Below, piece by piece: positions 29,191-40,174 of a stretch of 64,000 bases of DNA (position 1 is the stretch's first letter; each line of letters begins with the position of its first letter). The stretch is from Candidatus Bathyarchaeia archaeon (GTDB lineage Archaea > Thermoproteota > Bathyarchaeia > Bathyarchaeales > Bathycorpusculaceae). The stretch is from the NCBI GenBank assembly GCA_038883715.1, contig JAVZLS010000003.1:61160-125159 (forward strand), written 5' to 3'. The notes beneath the pieces are model-generated. The model searched no databases and was not told where the DNA came from. It was given only the letters and a program-made list of their open reading frames with translations. The translations under genes and the position numbers were made by a program.

Positions 29191-29676
29191 CTACATCTTT
29201 CTTTCAGCACTTTTCATAATTATTTGGAGAAGCTCTTCTTCTAAGGTTAATCCTAACTTCGGATTCTCAACCATCCTTCCCAGCTCCACACATTCTTTGT
29301 TAAAAATTAGAATTAAGGGGATTTTGTCCACGTTAAACGTTTCAACCTCTGGTGGTGATGGCGGAATGCTCCATTTCCGTTTAGGACCTAGCGGGTCCCT
29401 CTTTAGCCCTCCGAAAATTCTGACCTCTAATCCCGTGGCTTCCGACAACAACGCTAAAATTGGGATGTTGGCGGCGCAATCTTTGCACCATTCAGCGGAA
29501 AAAGCAACCACTACAACGTTGTTTGCGAGCTTCTTCAATTTGCTAACCGCTTCTGGGTTTAGCTTGTACGCCTTCTTCCGTTCAAGAAATTTTTCGCGGA
29601 AGGGTTCACTGATATTTGCGATGTATTGATTTACGGACACTGTTCTCTGTTTGATCTGCTCTAAGTCGATTTTCAT
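29191..29676 (-). CDS. Thioredoxin-family protein
   Basis: WCKDC, cis-Pro KIP, ELGRMVE. Confidence 0.85.
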   Translation of the reverse strand: MKIDLEQIKQRTVSVNQYIANISEPFREKFLERKKAYKLNPEAVSKLKKLANNVVVVAFSAEWCKDCAANIPILALLSEATGLEVRIFGGLKRDPLGPKRKWSIPPSPPEVETFNVDKIPLILIFNKECVELGRMVENPKLGLTLEEELLQIIMKSAERKM

Positions 29677-29679
29677 TTG

Positions 29680-30960
29680 TTAACCCGGCATTATTGTCTG
29701 ATTCACAAATTCGCCTCTGACATATTGGTGGGGATAAATTTTTGTCGCCTTGAGAAGGCAGCCTTCGGCTATTGTGACGTCATCCGCTATAACCGAAATT
29801 TCGCTTATTTTTGTTGGTTTTCTTGCACTGGAGCGGATTGTTACATGTCTCCCTATTATGCTGTCTTTTATTTCGGCTTTCGCCTCTATTATGGCTCTGT
29901 CCATTACGGCGGAGTTTTCTATGGTCACTCCATCCTCTATTTTTGTGTAGTTGTCGATGCACGAGTTTGCGATGCGCACCCCATCGCCTATTTCACAGTG
30001 CCGCCCAATCAGAACTGAGCCTTCAACCTCAATTTTTCCCTCTTTAATCTTCCTTATAATTTCCTTTCGACGCTTAATGGATTCTGGACTTTCACCTTGA
30101 ACCCAAACCCTCGTTCTTTCGTCTATCCTTCCACCGAAATCTGTAAGTGAAGAGAAGCGTCCTTCAAGCATGTCTCTCATGGCTTCCAAATATCGTCTTG
30201 GAGTGCCAACATCATACCAGTTCCCCTTCAGAACATAGCCGTAAACTGGTCTGCCAGTCTCTATCACATATGGAATAAAGTCGTAGCCAAAGTCCAGACG
30301 GTTTCGCTCTTTCATTAGTTTTTTAACACCCTTTTCTTTGAAAATTTTCCTTATTTCTGGAGAGACCATGTATAAGCCGGTGTTAGCCAGATTTGACGGC
30401 GCCTCCTTTGGTGTTGGCTTTTCCACAAATTTACGGATTCTCATGTCTTTGTCTATGTCAGCTATTCCATAACCCTCGGCATCTTCAACTTCTCTGAGGG
30501 CTATTGTTATAACCGCTTCTTTCTTGCGGTGAAATTCAATGAGTTCTTTCAAATCGACGTCAAATATGTTGTCTCCTTGAACCGCAAACACGGGGTCCCT
30601 CACGTTGTAGTATTCTATGTTTATTCTCGCCGAGTCGGCGCTTCCCAAGTCGTCTATGTTTGGCTGGTATTTAATGTGCACACGGGGCGTTATACCATAA
30701 CGGGCTGAAAAACCGTAACCAGACTCGAAATAGTCATGCAAATCCCTATAATTGGTGTATCCTTTAACACCAAAGATGAAGTTTCTAATGCCTTGACGAG
30801 CGAGGGACAATAGCGAGAATTCTATGAGGGGTCTGTTTAGTAGGCGGATGCAAGCCTTGCTGGTTTCTGCTGTTAACGGCAGCAGCCTTGTGGCTTTACC
30901 TCCTACTGGAATTATGACTCGTAACCTCTCCGGTTCATAGTTGTGGCGCAAAAACTCCAC
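29680..30960 (-). CDS. Sugar-phosphate nucleotidyltransferase (NDP-sugar synthase) with C-terminal hexapeptide repeats
   Basis: GGKATRLLPLT, EKP, DFGYD, WYDVGT. Confidence 0.9.
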   Translation of the reverse strand: MEFLRHNYEPERLRVIIPVGGKATRLLPLTAETSKACIRLLNRPLIEFSLLSLARQGIRNFIFGVKGYTNYRDLHDYFESGYGFSARYGITPRVHIKYQPNIDDLGSADSARINIEYYNVRDPVFAVQGDNIFDVDLKELIEFHRKKEAVITIALREVEDAEGYGIADIDKDMRIRKFVEKPTPKEAPSNLANTGLYMVSPEIRKIFKEKGVKKLMKERNRLDFGYDFIPYVIETGRPVYGYVLKGNWYDVGTPRRYLEAMRDMLEGRFSSLTDFGGRIDERTRVWVQGESPESIKRRKEIIRKIKEGKIEVEGSVLIGRHCEIGDGVRIANSCIDNYTKIEDGVTIENSAVMDRAIIEAKAEIKDSIIGRHVTIRSSARKPTKISEISVIADDVTIAEGCLLKATKIYPHQYVRGEFVNQTIMPG

Positions 30961-31065
30961 CAGCTTTTACAATGCATATTATGATTAAGCGTATTAAACT
31001 TTCTAAAGGGAGACGCGAATTTTATAACTAAAACCAAATTATTTTAATGCGAAAGGTTTAGGGTT

Positions 31066-31935
31066 ATGAACAAAATCTTCGGCTTCGTTCGTTTGATACG
31101 CCCTGTAAACTGTTTGATGATGGGTTTTGCCGTTATAGTTGGTGCAACCATTGCAGATCCGAAGGGTTTAACAATTCATTTATGGAGCCTCATCTACGGT
31201 TTTTTCACAGGTTTTTTGCTAACGGCGGCAGCCATGACCATAAACGACTATTATGATAGGGAGATAGACGCCATAAACGAGCCTTCTAGACCTATCCCGA
31301 GCGGCGTAATTAAGCCAACGGAGGCACTTGTCTTCGCCCTTTTGCTCACAGCATCGGGCTTGGCGACAGCTGCCATCGCATGCGTTGCCACAAAGTTCAT
31401 TCATTGTTTTTTAATAGCTTTAATTTTTTGGCTAATTTCAGTAGCATATGCCACCGTTGGGAAGCGAACTGGGCTTCTGGGAAACTTCTTGGTTAGCGCG
31501 TGTGTTTCAGCTCCTTTTGTCTATGGAAGCTTAACTGTAACTAACAAAGTTGTATTGAACATGTGGATTTTCGTTTCCATGGTTTTTCTGTCGAACACGG
31601 GAAGAGAAATAACGAAAGGTATTGTTGACATTGAAGGAGATAAAGCACGAAACGTGCGCACTTTAGCTGTCCTCTTTGGACCGCGCAAAGCCGCAGTTGC
31701 AGCATCCATCTTTTACTTATTAGCCGTTGCTTTGACTCCACTGCCGCCAGCCTTAAATCTCGTTTCAGCGTGGTTTATCCCCATAGTAGCCATAACAGAC
31801 ATAGGATTGGCGGCATCTTCAATTTCAATTTTAAGGGACTATACAAGGGAGAACGCCAAAAAAGTGAAAAACCATGTTTTGTTATGGTTTTTTGCAGGAC
31901 TTATTGCCTTCGTGGCAGGAAGTTTGTTACGTTAA
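31066..31935 (+). CDS. Digeranylgeranylglyceryl phosphate synthase (UbiA family)
   Basis: RPVNC, NDYYDREIDAINEPSRPIPSG, REITKGIVDIEGD. Confidence 0.92.
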   Translation: MNKIFGFVRLIRPVNCLMMGFAVIVGATIADPKGLTIHLWSLIYGFFTGFLLTAAAMTINDYYDREIDAINEPSRPIPSGVIKPTEALVFALLLTASGLATAAIACVATKFIHCFLIALIFWLISVAYATVGKRTGLLGNFLVSACVSAPFVYGSLTVTNKVVLNMWIFVSMVFLSNTGREITKGIVDIEGDKARNVRTLAVLFGPRKAAVAASIFYLLAVALTPLPPALNLVSAWFIPIVAITDIGLAASSISILRDYTRENAKKVKNHVLLWFFAGLIAFVAGSLLR

Positions 31936-32014
31936 AAATTGTCCACGCTCAATGTTCTAGAAGTTGGAATTATAAGCACTCCCAGCTATTACTTTCATTG
32001 AGAGCCAATTTGAA

Positions 32015-32470
32015 GTGCTGCAATTGCATAGTGAAGAAGAAAACAAACTTGAGTATGCCCTCCGCGGGAAGGCTTGGAAAGTTTACTGGCTTCTCTTGAA
32101 AAACGGGCGCCCAATGAGTGTACGCGAGGTTCAAAAGGCTTTACATTTCAGCAGCCCAAGCGTGGCACAACACCACCTTGAACAATTAAGAGAAATGGGC
32201 TTAGTTCAAAAACAGGAGGTGGGCGGCCACTACTACCTTGTAGGCGAAGTTAAAATTGGTGTACTTCGCCACTTTGTTAAGTTGGGCAAACTTATCTTTC
32301 CAAGATACTTGTTTTACGCTGTTTTCTCCACAACCTTCTATGTGACCTACCTCATACTTTCCATGCCCAATTTCACACGAGAAAGCCTATTCCTCATAGT
32401 TTTCGGAGCCATCGTAACGACAATATTCTGGTATGAAACTATACGAGTATGGTCGTTGAAGCCGTTCTAA
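32015..32470 (+). CDS. Winged-helix regulator with two C-terminal TM helices
   Basis: SVREVQKALHFSSPSVAQHHLEQL HTH followed by a hydrophobic tail. Confidence 0.8.
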   Translation: MLQLHSEEENKLEYALRGKAWKVYWLLLKNGRPMSVREVQKALHFSSPSVAQHHLEQLREMGLVQKQEVGGHYYLVGEVKIGVLRHFVKLGKLIFPRYLFYAVFSTTFYVTYLILSMPNFTRESLFLIVFGAIVTTIFWYETIRVWSLKPF

Positions 32471-32540
32471 CAGCTGGAAGAATTGTACCAAAAATTAGGA
32501 TAAAATAAAAGGAAAAGATGGTTTTAAGCGGTGAAGCACA

Positions 32541-34358
32541 TTGTTAAGGGAAGTTAAGAGACGAGTGGTGATTTATGGATTAGCGGCTGTTCTTGTCGCT
32601 TTAATGCTTGGGGCTTTGTGCTCCAACCTTGGAGTGCAACCAACGGAAATCCAGAATCAACCTTTTCCACAACCAACCCCGCAACCATCCCCCCAACCAT
32701 CTCCTGAACCTTCACCAGAGCCAACGCCTCAGCCCTCATCGCAATTTCTGAAAACCTTCTCATCGTATCAGGAGCTTCTAAACTTTCTAATGGAAAACGC
32801 AAATGTTGGGATCTATCCGTTTTATGGACCAGAAGACCTTAGAATATTAGCAATGAGTCCAACACCTGTTTACAGCGAAGTTGAATATTCAACTACAAAT
32901 GTCCAAGTGGCGGGGGTCGACGAAGCAGACATCGTAAAAAGCGATGGCGAATACATGTACGTGATAGCTAGCAACAACATCTATATTTTAAAGGCTTACC
33001 CACCAGAAGAAGCTGCTTTAATATCAAAAATAACATTTGAAAACAGTACATATCCGGCGGGATTATTTATAAGCTCTAATGGCAATAAACTGGTGGTTCT
33101 TGGAAGCAAATACGGTTTTCAGCCATGGACCTATTATTACAGAAGTTGCTATGTTATTGATGGCAAAGCGTTCATTCACGTTTATGACATCTCGAACAAA
33201 AAGAATCCTATCTTAGTGAAAGATTTTACAATGAGCGGGCACTATTTTAACTCAAGAACGATTGGCGAATACGTTTATGCTGTTATCAGCCAACCAGTCT
33301 ACATAATCTATGGCGACGTTATTCTTCCAAAAATTTACTTGAAGGATGGCATCAGAGAGATTGAAGCTACAAAAATATATTATTCCAACGTGTCCGAGGA
33401 ATACTACACCTTTACAACAATCGTCGCTTTAAACATGATGAACGAAACCGAGGAGCCAAACACTTTAACCCTAATGATGGGGGGAACAAGCAACCTATAC
33501 GTCTCGTTAAATAACATTTACATAACATTTCACAGCTTCGATTGGCAAACAATAATCTACAGGATAAGGATAGAAAATAGAACCATGAACTGGGAAGCAA
33601 CTGGAACGGTGCCAGGTCATGAACTCAACCAATTTTCCATGGACGAATATGACAGCTACTTTAGAATTACAACGGCACGGTGGGTGAACGAGATACGGAC
33701 AAATGACCTATACATATTAGATATGAATCTGACCATTGTTGGAAACCTTACGGATATAGCGCCTGGTGAAAACTTAGACTCAACAAGGTTTATTGGAAAT
33801 CGTTGCTACCTTACAACATCAGTCTTGCGGAAAGATCCGTTCTTTGTGGTAGATGTTGAAAACCCTAGAGAACCAAAGTTTTTGGGCAAACTGGACATCC
33901 CAGGGTTTACAAGATACTTGCACCCATACGACGAGAACCACCTAATAGGCGTCGGCATAGATGAAAACAACAGAGTGCAGATACTCATGTTTAATGTAAG
34001 TAATGTTAGCAAACCATTTGTGACAAGTAACTTCACAATTCCAAGGAGTTCGAACACGCCAGTGTTGTGGGAGCATAAGGCGTTTCTCTTTAATAAGGCA
34101 AAAGAGTTGCTAGTTATGCCAGTGTTCATATACGACTATTCGTGGCAAGGGGTCTACATATTTGACACATCAGAATACAAATTTACATTAAAAGGAAATG
34201 TCACCCACTTGGACGCAGGTGCCAACGGTTGGGATTATGCCTACCAAATAGAAAGGGCATTATACATTGAAGACATGCTTTATACGGTGTCTGACAAGAA
34301 ACTAAAGATAAACTGGTTGGAAGACCTTTCGCCAATAAGAGAAATCGTCTTCCCCTAA
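32541..34358 (+). CDS. Secreted or membrane-anchored beta-propeller domain protein
   Basis: N-terminal anchor, YSTTNVQVAGVDEADIVKSDG, LNQFSMDEY, DPFFVVD...IPGF..YLHP. Confidence 0.88.
   Translation: MLREVKRRVVIYGLAAVLVALMLGALCSNLGVQPTEIQNQPFPQPTPQPSPQPSPEPSPEPTPQPSSQFLKTFSSYQELLNFLMENANVGIYPFYGPEDLRILAMSPTPVYSEVEYSTTNVQVAGVDEADIVKSDGEYMYVIASNNIYILKAYPPEEAALISKITFENSTYPAGLFISSNGNKLVVLGSKYGFQPWTYYYRSCYVIDGKAFIHVYDISNKKNPILVKDFTMSGHYFNSRTIGEYVYAVISQPVYIIYGDVILPKIYLKDGIREIEATKIYYSNVSEEYYTFTTIVALNMMNETEEPNTLTLMMGGTSNLYVSLNNIYITFHSFDWQTIIYRIRIENRTMNWEATGTVPGHELNQFSMDEYDSYFRITTARWVNEIRTNDLYILDMNLTIVGNLTDIAPGENLDSTRFIGNRCYLTTSVLRKDPFFVVDVENPREPKFLGKLDIPGFTRYLHPYDENHLIGVGIDENNRVQILMFNVSNVSKPFVTSNFTIPRSSNTPVLWEHKAFLFNKAKELLVMPVFIYDYSWQGVYIFDTSEYKFTLKGNVTHLDAGANGWDYAYQIERALYIEDMLYTVSDKKLKINWLEDLSPIREIVFP
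32658..32738 (+). repeat. Degenerate 12-bp coding repeat encoding a P(Q/E)P(S/T) linker
   Basis: QPFPQPTPQPSPQPSPEPSPEPTPQPS. Confidence 0.8.
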
Positions 34359-35722
34359 ACTCCTTCCTTTTTTGGTTCCATGTGAACCGTGACTATGGTT
34401 TCTGTGAATCTTCGTTTCACTCCATTCTCGATTTTTGATGCCACTTTGTGGGCTTCCTCTATTGAGATTTGACTTGTGAAACAGCAGTCTATGTTTATGT
34501 AGCGTTTCCCGCCTACAATGTATGTGACTATTCGCTTAACTGAGAACACTTGTTGCAGGCTTTCAGCCGTTTTATAGATTACTTGCTGAATTTCCCTTTC
34601 ATCCACTACTGGGCCTCGCTGTTTCATGTTAAATGGTTCAATGTGAACTGTTACGTTGCTGACGTTTTCCAGTTTTTCGCTTAGCCTGCCCTCTATCTTC
34701 TCAGCAAGCTCATGAGCTTCACTTACAGACAAAGAAGGATCAACATACGCGTGCAATGTAACGTAGAGTTTGCCACGGGAATAAACAACGTTTACTTCGT
34801 GAACCTCTTTGACGCCCTCAACTTCCCTAGCCAACTTTTCCACAAGTTGAGGAGTTAAAATTTCCTTTTCTGGTGGCTCCACGTGGATTAAGACTTCAGC
34901 ATTCCTCAACGCTTTCTTCAGCTTATCCTCCACATGCGTTGCAAGTGTGTGGGCTTCCTCCAGCCCTATGTAGTCTGGAACTTGTATCGTAGCTTCAACA
35001 AAGGTTTTGTCTCCAGCCCTTCTAACCCTTAACCCTTTAACGTTGGAAACACCTATGGTTGAGGCTATTTCCTTTCGCACTTTTTCTGCAACATCCCTTG
35101 AGATCGCGTCGCTCAGCTCCATTCCGCTTGTTTTCACCAGCCTAATGCTCAAGTAGCCTATAGCAGCGCTTAATATGAGAGAGGCAATAGCATCTGATAC
35201 TGGAAAACCCAATGTGGCAAGTCCGAAGCCTAAAAGAGCGATGAGGGTTGAGCCTAAATCTGCCAGAGCATGATAGAAGCCAGCTTTAACGGTCACGCTT
35301 TCCATCTCCACTGGATGTAGCACCTTAACCCTTAAAATGTCTATGCAGAAGGTGTAGCCTATTGCGGCGAAACCAACCAGCTCCCACTCTTGGTTTAAAG
35401 GCTCACCATGCAAAAGCCTTTGAACAGCCCTGATAATTAGGAGAATGCCTGTGCCGAAAAGTATGACCCCACCAATAAGCCCGCCGAGCGGCTCAATTTT
35501 CTCATGTCCATACATGTGTTCCTCGTCCGGCGGCTTTAGCGAGGCTTTGGCTGCCACCAAGAGAATTAGCATGGTTACGGCATCCAGCAATGCGTGCACG
35601 CCGTCGCTTAGGATGGCTAGGCTGCCAACAGCCAAGCCCAAAACAACTTCTACAATCACAACGCTGGATATGGCTATGGCTGAAATTTTTAGGCTTCTAA
35701 GCCCTGTCTCTTTTAAAGGCAT
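34355..35722 (-). CDS. Cation diffusion facilitator with three tandem C-terminal (ZT_dimer) domains
   Basis: SDGVHALLD, HMYGHEKIE, HALAD; three EAH...IHVEP/VHIEP/VHMEP units. Confidence 0.9.
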   Translation of the reverse strand: MPLKETGLRSLKISAIAISSVVIVEVVLGLAVGSLAILSDGVHALLDAVTMLILLVAAKASLKPPDEEHMYGHEKIEPLGGLIGGVILFGTGILLIIRAVQRLLHGEPLNQEWELVGFAAIGYTFCIDILRVKVLHPVEMESVTVKAGFYHALADLGSTLIALLGFGLATLGFPVSDAIASLILSAAIGYLSIRLVKTSGMELSDAISRDVAEKVRKEIASTIGVSNVKGLRVRRAGDKTFVEATIQVPDYIGLEEAHTLATHVEDKLKKALRNAEVLIHVEPPEKEILTPQLVEKLAREVEGVKEVHEVNVVYSRGKLYVTLHAYVDPSLSVSEAHELAEKIEGRLSEKLENVSNVTVHIEPFNMKQRGPVVDEREIQQVIYKTAESLQQVFSVKRIVTYIVGGKRYINIDCCFTSQISIEEAHKVASKIENGVKRRFTETIVTVHMEPKKEGV

Positions 35723-35928
35723 TATCCATCAAATAGATTGCCCAGCCCTCGGGATTTAAGGATTGTGAAGCAGGGCTTAGCAAAACATTTAAAATAATAG
35801 CTTTACATGATTATGTGGGTATCAAAGTGCAAGGTGAACACTTTAACCCAGCAACATAAACCCCAGAAAATTTTCACCACACTCTATAGACTTGTTTCTC
35901 CTGAACTTTTTGAAGGAGGCACAAAACA

Positions 35929-37221
35929 ATGAGCATAAGCGACATCCTAGACGGAAGGCTAACCGAAAGCGAAGTTGAAATAAAAGGCTGGCTTGTCAAC
36001 AAACGCTCAAGCGGCGGAGTCCAATTCCTAATAATACGTGACGGAACAGGCTTCATGCAAGCAACTATCCACAAAGACGAGGTTTCAGCAAAAGTTTTCG
36101 AAGACGCGGAGAGGCTGACTCAGGAATCCTCCATTATACTAAGGGGTGTCGTTAAGGAGGATAAGCGTGCGCCCGGAGGCTACGAAATAAGGGTCAGTGA
36201 CCTGCAGATAGTGCACTTGGCTGAACACGAATACCCATTGGCAAAAAAGGAGCACGGCATAGACTTTCTAATGAATTATAGGCAATTGTGGATTAGAAGC
36301 CCAAGGCAGACAGCCATCCTTAGGATTAGAGCCGAAGTGATTAAGGCTTGCAGAGACTTTCTAGACAGCAGAGGCTTCGTCTTAACAGATTCACCAATTT
36401 TTACGCCCGCTGCTGTTGAGGGAACAACAACCCTTTTTGAGGTCCCATACTTTGGTGAAAAGGCTTACCTAACCCAAAGCGGACAGCTTTATGTTGAAGC
36501 CACCATAGCCGCCTTTGGAAAGGTCTACTGTTTCGGCCCAACATTTAGGGCTGAAAAGTCCAAAACGCCCAGACACTTAACAGAGTTCTGGATGGTTGAG
36601 CCAGAAATGGCTTTCTGTGATTTCGAGGAGAACTTGAAAGTGCAAGAGGAAATGGTAACCTATATTGTCAAGCAGGTTTTAGAAAAACGTAAAAGGGAAC
36701 TTGAGACCCTTAAGCGGGACATTACACCTTTACAGAAGGTTGAGCCGCCCTTCGAGAGGATAAGCTATACAGAGGCTGTGGAAATGCTGCAGAAGGCAGG
36801 CTTCCCCATTCAATGGGGCGAAGACCTCGGAGCACCCCACGAAAGGTACATTTCACTGCAGTTTGAAAAGCCGGTGTTTGTCCACAGATATCCAGCCAAG
36901 GCTAAAGCCTTCTATATGCAGCCAGACCCAGAAAACCCAGAAGTCGTTCTATGTGCTGATTTGATGGCGCCTGAGGGCTACGGCGAAATAATAGGTGGAA
37001 GCCAACGCATCCACGACCTCAAACTGCTCGAGAAACGCATAGAAGAATTTGGTTTGCCAAAACAAGCCTACGAATGGTACTTGGACTTGCGAAGGTATGG
37101 CTCTGTTCCGCACTCTGGCTTTGGATTGGGAATAGAGCGAACAGTCATGTGGATTTGCAAACTAAGGCATATAAGAGAAGCAATACCTTTCCCGAGGACG
37201 ATAACCCGTATATATCCGTAG
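35929..37221 (+). CDS. asnS: Asparagine--tRNA ligase
   Basis: [37 protein letters not shown]. Confidence 0.95.
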   Translation: MSISDILDGRLTESEVEIKGWLVNKRSSGGVQFLIIRDGTGFMQATIHKDEVSAKVFEDAERLTQESSIILRGVVKEDKRAPGGYEIRVSDLQIVHLAEHEYPLAKKEHGIDFLMNYRQLWIRSPRQTAILRIRAEVIKACRDFLDSRGFVLTDSPIFTPAAVEGTTTLFEVPYFGEKAYLTQSGQLYVEATIAAFGKVYCFGPTFRAEKSKTPRHLTEFWMVEPEMAFCDFEENLKVQEEMVTYIVKQVLEKRKRELETLKRDITPLQKVEPPFERISYTEAVEMLQKAGFPIQWGEDLGAPHERYISLQFEKPVFVHRYPAKAKAFYMQPDPENPEVVLCADLMAPEGYGEIIGGSQRIHDLKLLEKRIEEFGLPKQAYEWYLDLRRYGSVPHSGFGLGIERTVMWICKLRHIREAIPFPRTITRIYP

Positions 37222-37235
37222 CTTTTTGACGTTTG

Positions 37236-40061
37236 TTATTCCCATTTCCAGACTTTTCTGCCCATGAATATTTCTGGAAAGATTAAGAGGCCCCAGCTAG
37301 CTACTCCTGCAACATAGGCTAGGTCTGTAAGGCTTAAGCCTGTAAGGTGGAATAGTTGCTGAGTGATTGGTATGTAGGTTATTCCAAGAGTTAGGGCAAC
37401 CGACACCAAATCGGCAATGACAAAGAACTTGTTTTCGAAGGCCTTTCTACCCATTCTCCAAACGCTACGCTTTTCTGAGCGACAGTTCCAAACAACAAAC
37501 AATTCGAATAAAGCTGCTTGCACAAAGGCTGTAGTGGTGGCCTCCCGGTAAGTAAGCTGTCTTGCCATCTCATCAATCGTCCCATCAGGGCGAATCCATG
37601 GGTGAGAAGGCCAAACGTAATATTCCAGGCAGAACACCAGAATGGTTCCAGTTGCTTGGAGTATGAAGGAGGCTATTATGAATGCTCCCATTCCGTGAAG
37701 TATGCCTTCTTCGGGTTTACGTGGCGGTCTATCCATGACATCAACATCCGGAGGATCTGTTGCAAGGGCAACAGCCGGAGCCCCGTCCGTTACAAGGTTT
37801 ATCCACAATATCATCGCTGGTAGTAGCGGAAGCGGAAACAGTTCTGGTGAGGATATTCCCCCTAGAAGGGCGAATGTGCCTATAACCAGCAATTCATCGA
37901 AGTTGCATGATATGAGAAAACGTGCATATTTCCTCACGTTGTCATAGATAACTCTTCCTTGCTCTACAGCCTTAACTATCGTAGCGAAGTTGTCGTCTGT
38001 CAGAACAAGGTCCGACGCTTCCCGTGTAACGTCTGTCCCGCTGATGCCCATCGCGACACCGACATCGGCGGCTTTAACAGCTGGCGCATCATTAACGCCA
38101 TCACCAGTCATTGCCACTATGTGGCCTTTCTTTTTCAAAGCATTGACAATTTTTAGTTTGTGTTCTGGTGAAACGCGGGCGTAAACGGTTACTTTTTCAA
38201 CTATTTCTTCAAATTCCTCGTCGCTTAGCTGGTCCATTTCAGCGCCAGTTAAGACCAAGTCGCCTTCCTTGTATATTCCAACCTCCTTTGCAACAGCAAT
38301 GGCGGTCAGCTTGTGGTCGCCTGTTATCATAACCGTCTTTATGCCGGCCTTTTGGCATTTCTTGTTGGCTTCTATGGCTTCCTCTCTTGGAGGGTCTATC
38401 ATTCCTTGAAGCCCAACAAAAACCATTCCTTTTTCAACGGTTTCAGCTTCATACTTTGTCATGGTTGGCGGCAAGCGCTTATACGCCATAGCAAGAACCC
38501 TTAGGGCGTTTCCAGCCAATTGCTCGTTCACAGCCAGGATCTCTTTTTTCCGTTCTTCTGTAAGTCTCCTTTCTTTTCCTCCCTCAAATACGTGGGTACA
38601 TCTTTCCAGAACGACTTCAGGCGCGCCCTTCATGTAGGCGTGAACTCCGCCTTTCGGAGTCTTGTGGATTGTGGTCATACGTTTCCTTTCAGAAGTGAAG
38701 GGTATTTCACCAACGCGTGGATAACTATTTTCTAAAGCCTCTTTGCTAAATCCAGCCTTGGCAGCCGCTACAACAAGTGCTCCTTCTGTCGGATCGCCGA
38801 AGATTTCCCAACTGTTGTTTTGCTCATTTTTTCTTAAGCTGGCATTGTTGCATAGGGCACCTATCCTTAAAACAAATTCAAGACTGCTATCAGGCTTTGC
38901 AGGGTCTCCTTCAATGCGAAACTCACCCTTAGGCTCATAACCAACCCCAGTCACTTCAACAAGTTTTCCATCAACATAGATTTGGCGAACAGTCATTTCG
39001 CCTTTAGTTATCGTCCCAGTTTTGTCAGAGCATATGACCGTCACCGCGCCGAGACTTTCTGCCGATGAAAGCCGCCTCACTATGGCGTTGCGCTTCGCAA
39101 ATTCCCTCGCCCCTAGAGCCAGCGCTATAGTAACAATGGCTGGTAGGCCCTCAGGAACTGCGGATATTGCCAACGAGATTGAGGACATAAAAGCTTGAAT
39201 GAAGCCATCAAGTTCAAAGTGCATCTTCATTATTACCTCAAACGCTTCCAAAGCAAAAATAAGCACACAGACGGCGATTACAACCTTGGCAATTTTGCTG
39301 GCGAATCTGTCCAATTTCTTCTGAAGGGGTGTTTCTTCCTCCTCAGCGGTCTGAACCATCTCGGCAATTTTGCCAAATTCTGTGTTCATTCCTGTGGCGG
39401 TTACAATCGCTTTGCCCCTGCCGTAAACAATGTGGGTAGCGGAGAAAACCATGTTTCTTCTTTCTGAAACGGGAGTATCCTCCTTAAGAACCGCCAACTC
39501 TTTCTCGACGGGTGTGGATTCTCCGGTTAGAACAGCCTCATTCGCCTTTAACTCAACAACCTCAATGAGCCTAGCGTCAGCGGGAACATGGTCGCCTTCC
39601 TCAAGTGCCAGAATGTCGCCTGGAACAACTTCGCTGGCCGGAATAATAATTTCCTTTCCATCTCTAATTACACGGGCTTTAGGAGCCGCCAACTTTTTAA
39701 GGGCTTCAACAGCCTTTTCCGCCCTATACTCCTGAACAAAGCCTGTGATGGCACATAAAAGGACTATAGCACCTATCGTTATTGAGTCTGCGTAGGCCTC
39801 AAGGAACTCGCCGCCTTGTAGCATTTCGTAGTATCCAACAATTGCAGAGAATATGGTCGCCGCAATCAGCAATAAGATGAAGACATCTTTAAATTCGTCT
39901 AAAAACATGTGGAGGGCTGTTCGCCGCTTCACCTTCCTAATCTCGTTTGGTCCATATTTCTTGAGCCGTTCAAGGGCTTCAGATGAGGATAAACCGTCGC
40001 GGCTTACTCCTAACTCCTTTAAGACTTCGTCAACTTCCATGACGTGCCAAGGCTTCGACAT
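37236..40061 (-). CDS. P-type ATPase, Ca2+-transporting (IIA) type
   Basis: TGES, PEGL, DKTGT, KGAPE, TGDGVNDAP, WINLVTDG. Confidence 0.95.
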   Translation of the reverse strand: MSKPWHVMEVDEVLKELGVSRDGLSSSEALERLKKYGPNEIRKVKRRTALHMFLDEFKDVFILLLIAATIFSAIVGYYEMLQGGEFLEAYADSITIGAIVLLCAITGFVQEYRAEKAVEALKKLAAPKARVIRDGKEIIIPASEVVPGDILALEEGDHVPADARLIEVVELKANEAVLTGESTPVEKELAVLKEDTPVSERRNMVFSATHIVYGRGKAIVTATGMNTEFGKIAEMVQTAEEEETPLQKKLDRFASKIAKVVIAVCVLIFALEAFEVIMKMHFELDGFIQAFMSSISLAISAVPEGLPAIVTIALALGAREFAKRNAIVRRLSSAESLGAVTVICSDKTGTITKGEMTVRQIYVDGKLVEVTGVGYEPKGEFRIEGDPAKPDSSLEFVLRIGALCNNASLRKNEQNNSWEIFGDPTEGALVVAAAKAGFSKEALENSYPRVGEIPFTSERKRMTTIHKTPKGGVHAYMKGAPEVVLERCTHVFEGGKERRLTEERKKEILAVNEQLAGNALRVLAMAYKRLPPTMTKYEAETVEKGMVFVGLQGMIDPPREEAIEANKKCQKAGIKTVMITGDHKLTAIAVAKEVGIYKEGDLVLTGAEMDQLSDEEFEEIVEKVTVYARVSPEHKLKIVNALKKKGHIVAMTGDGVNDAPAVKAADVGVAMGISGTDVTREASDLVLTDDNFATIVKAVEQGRVIYDNVRKYARFLISCNFDELLVIGTFALLGGISSPELFPLPLLPAMILWINLVTDGAPAVALATDPPDVDVMDRPPRKPEEGILHGMGAFIIASFILQATGTILVFCLEYYVWPSHPWIRPDGTIDEMARQLTYREATTTAFVQAALFELFVVWNCRSEKRSVWRMGRKAFENKFFVIADLVSVALTLGITYIPITQQLFHLTGLSLTDLAYVAGVASWGLLIFPEIFMGRKVWKWE

Positions 40062-40174
40062 CTAAACGCCTCTTCCAAATTTCAATGGTTAAAAGACTCA
40101 TACAGCAACTTATTTATAAAATTCGCTATCCACAAGCCCTCTTTAGAGGCATCCTCATAAAAAGGACGGGGAGC

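Noticed and set aside
32658-32738. Short repeats as a CRISPR or VNTR element
   Set aside because: They are a degenerate in-frame Pro-rich linker with no spacers.
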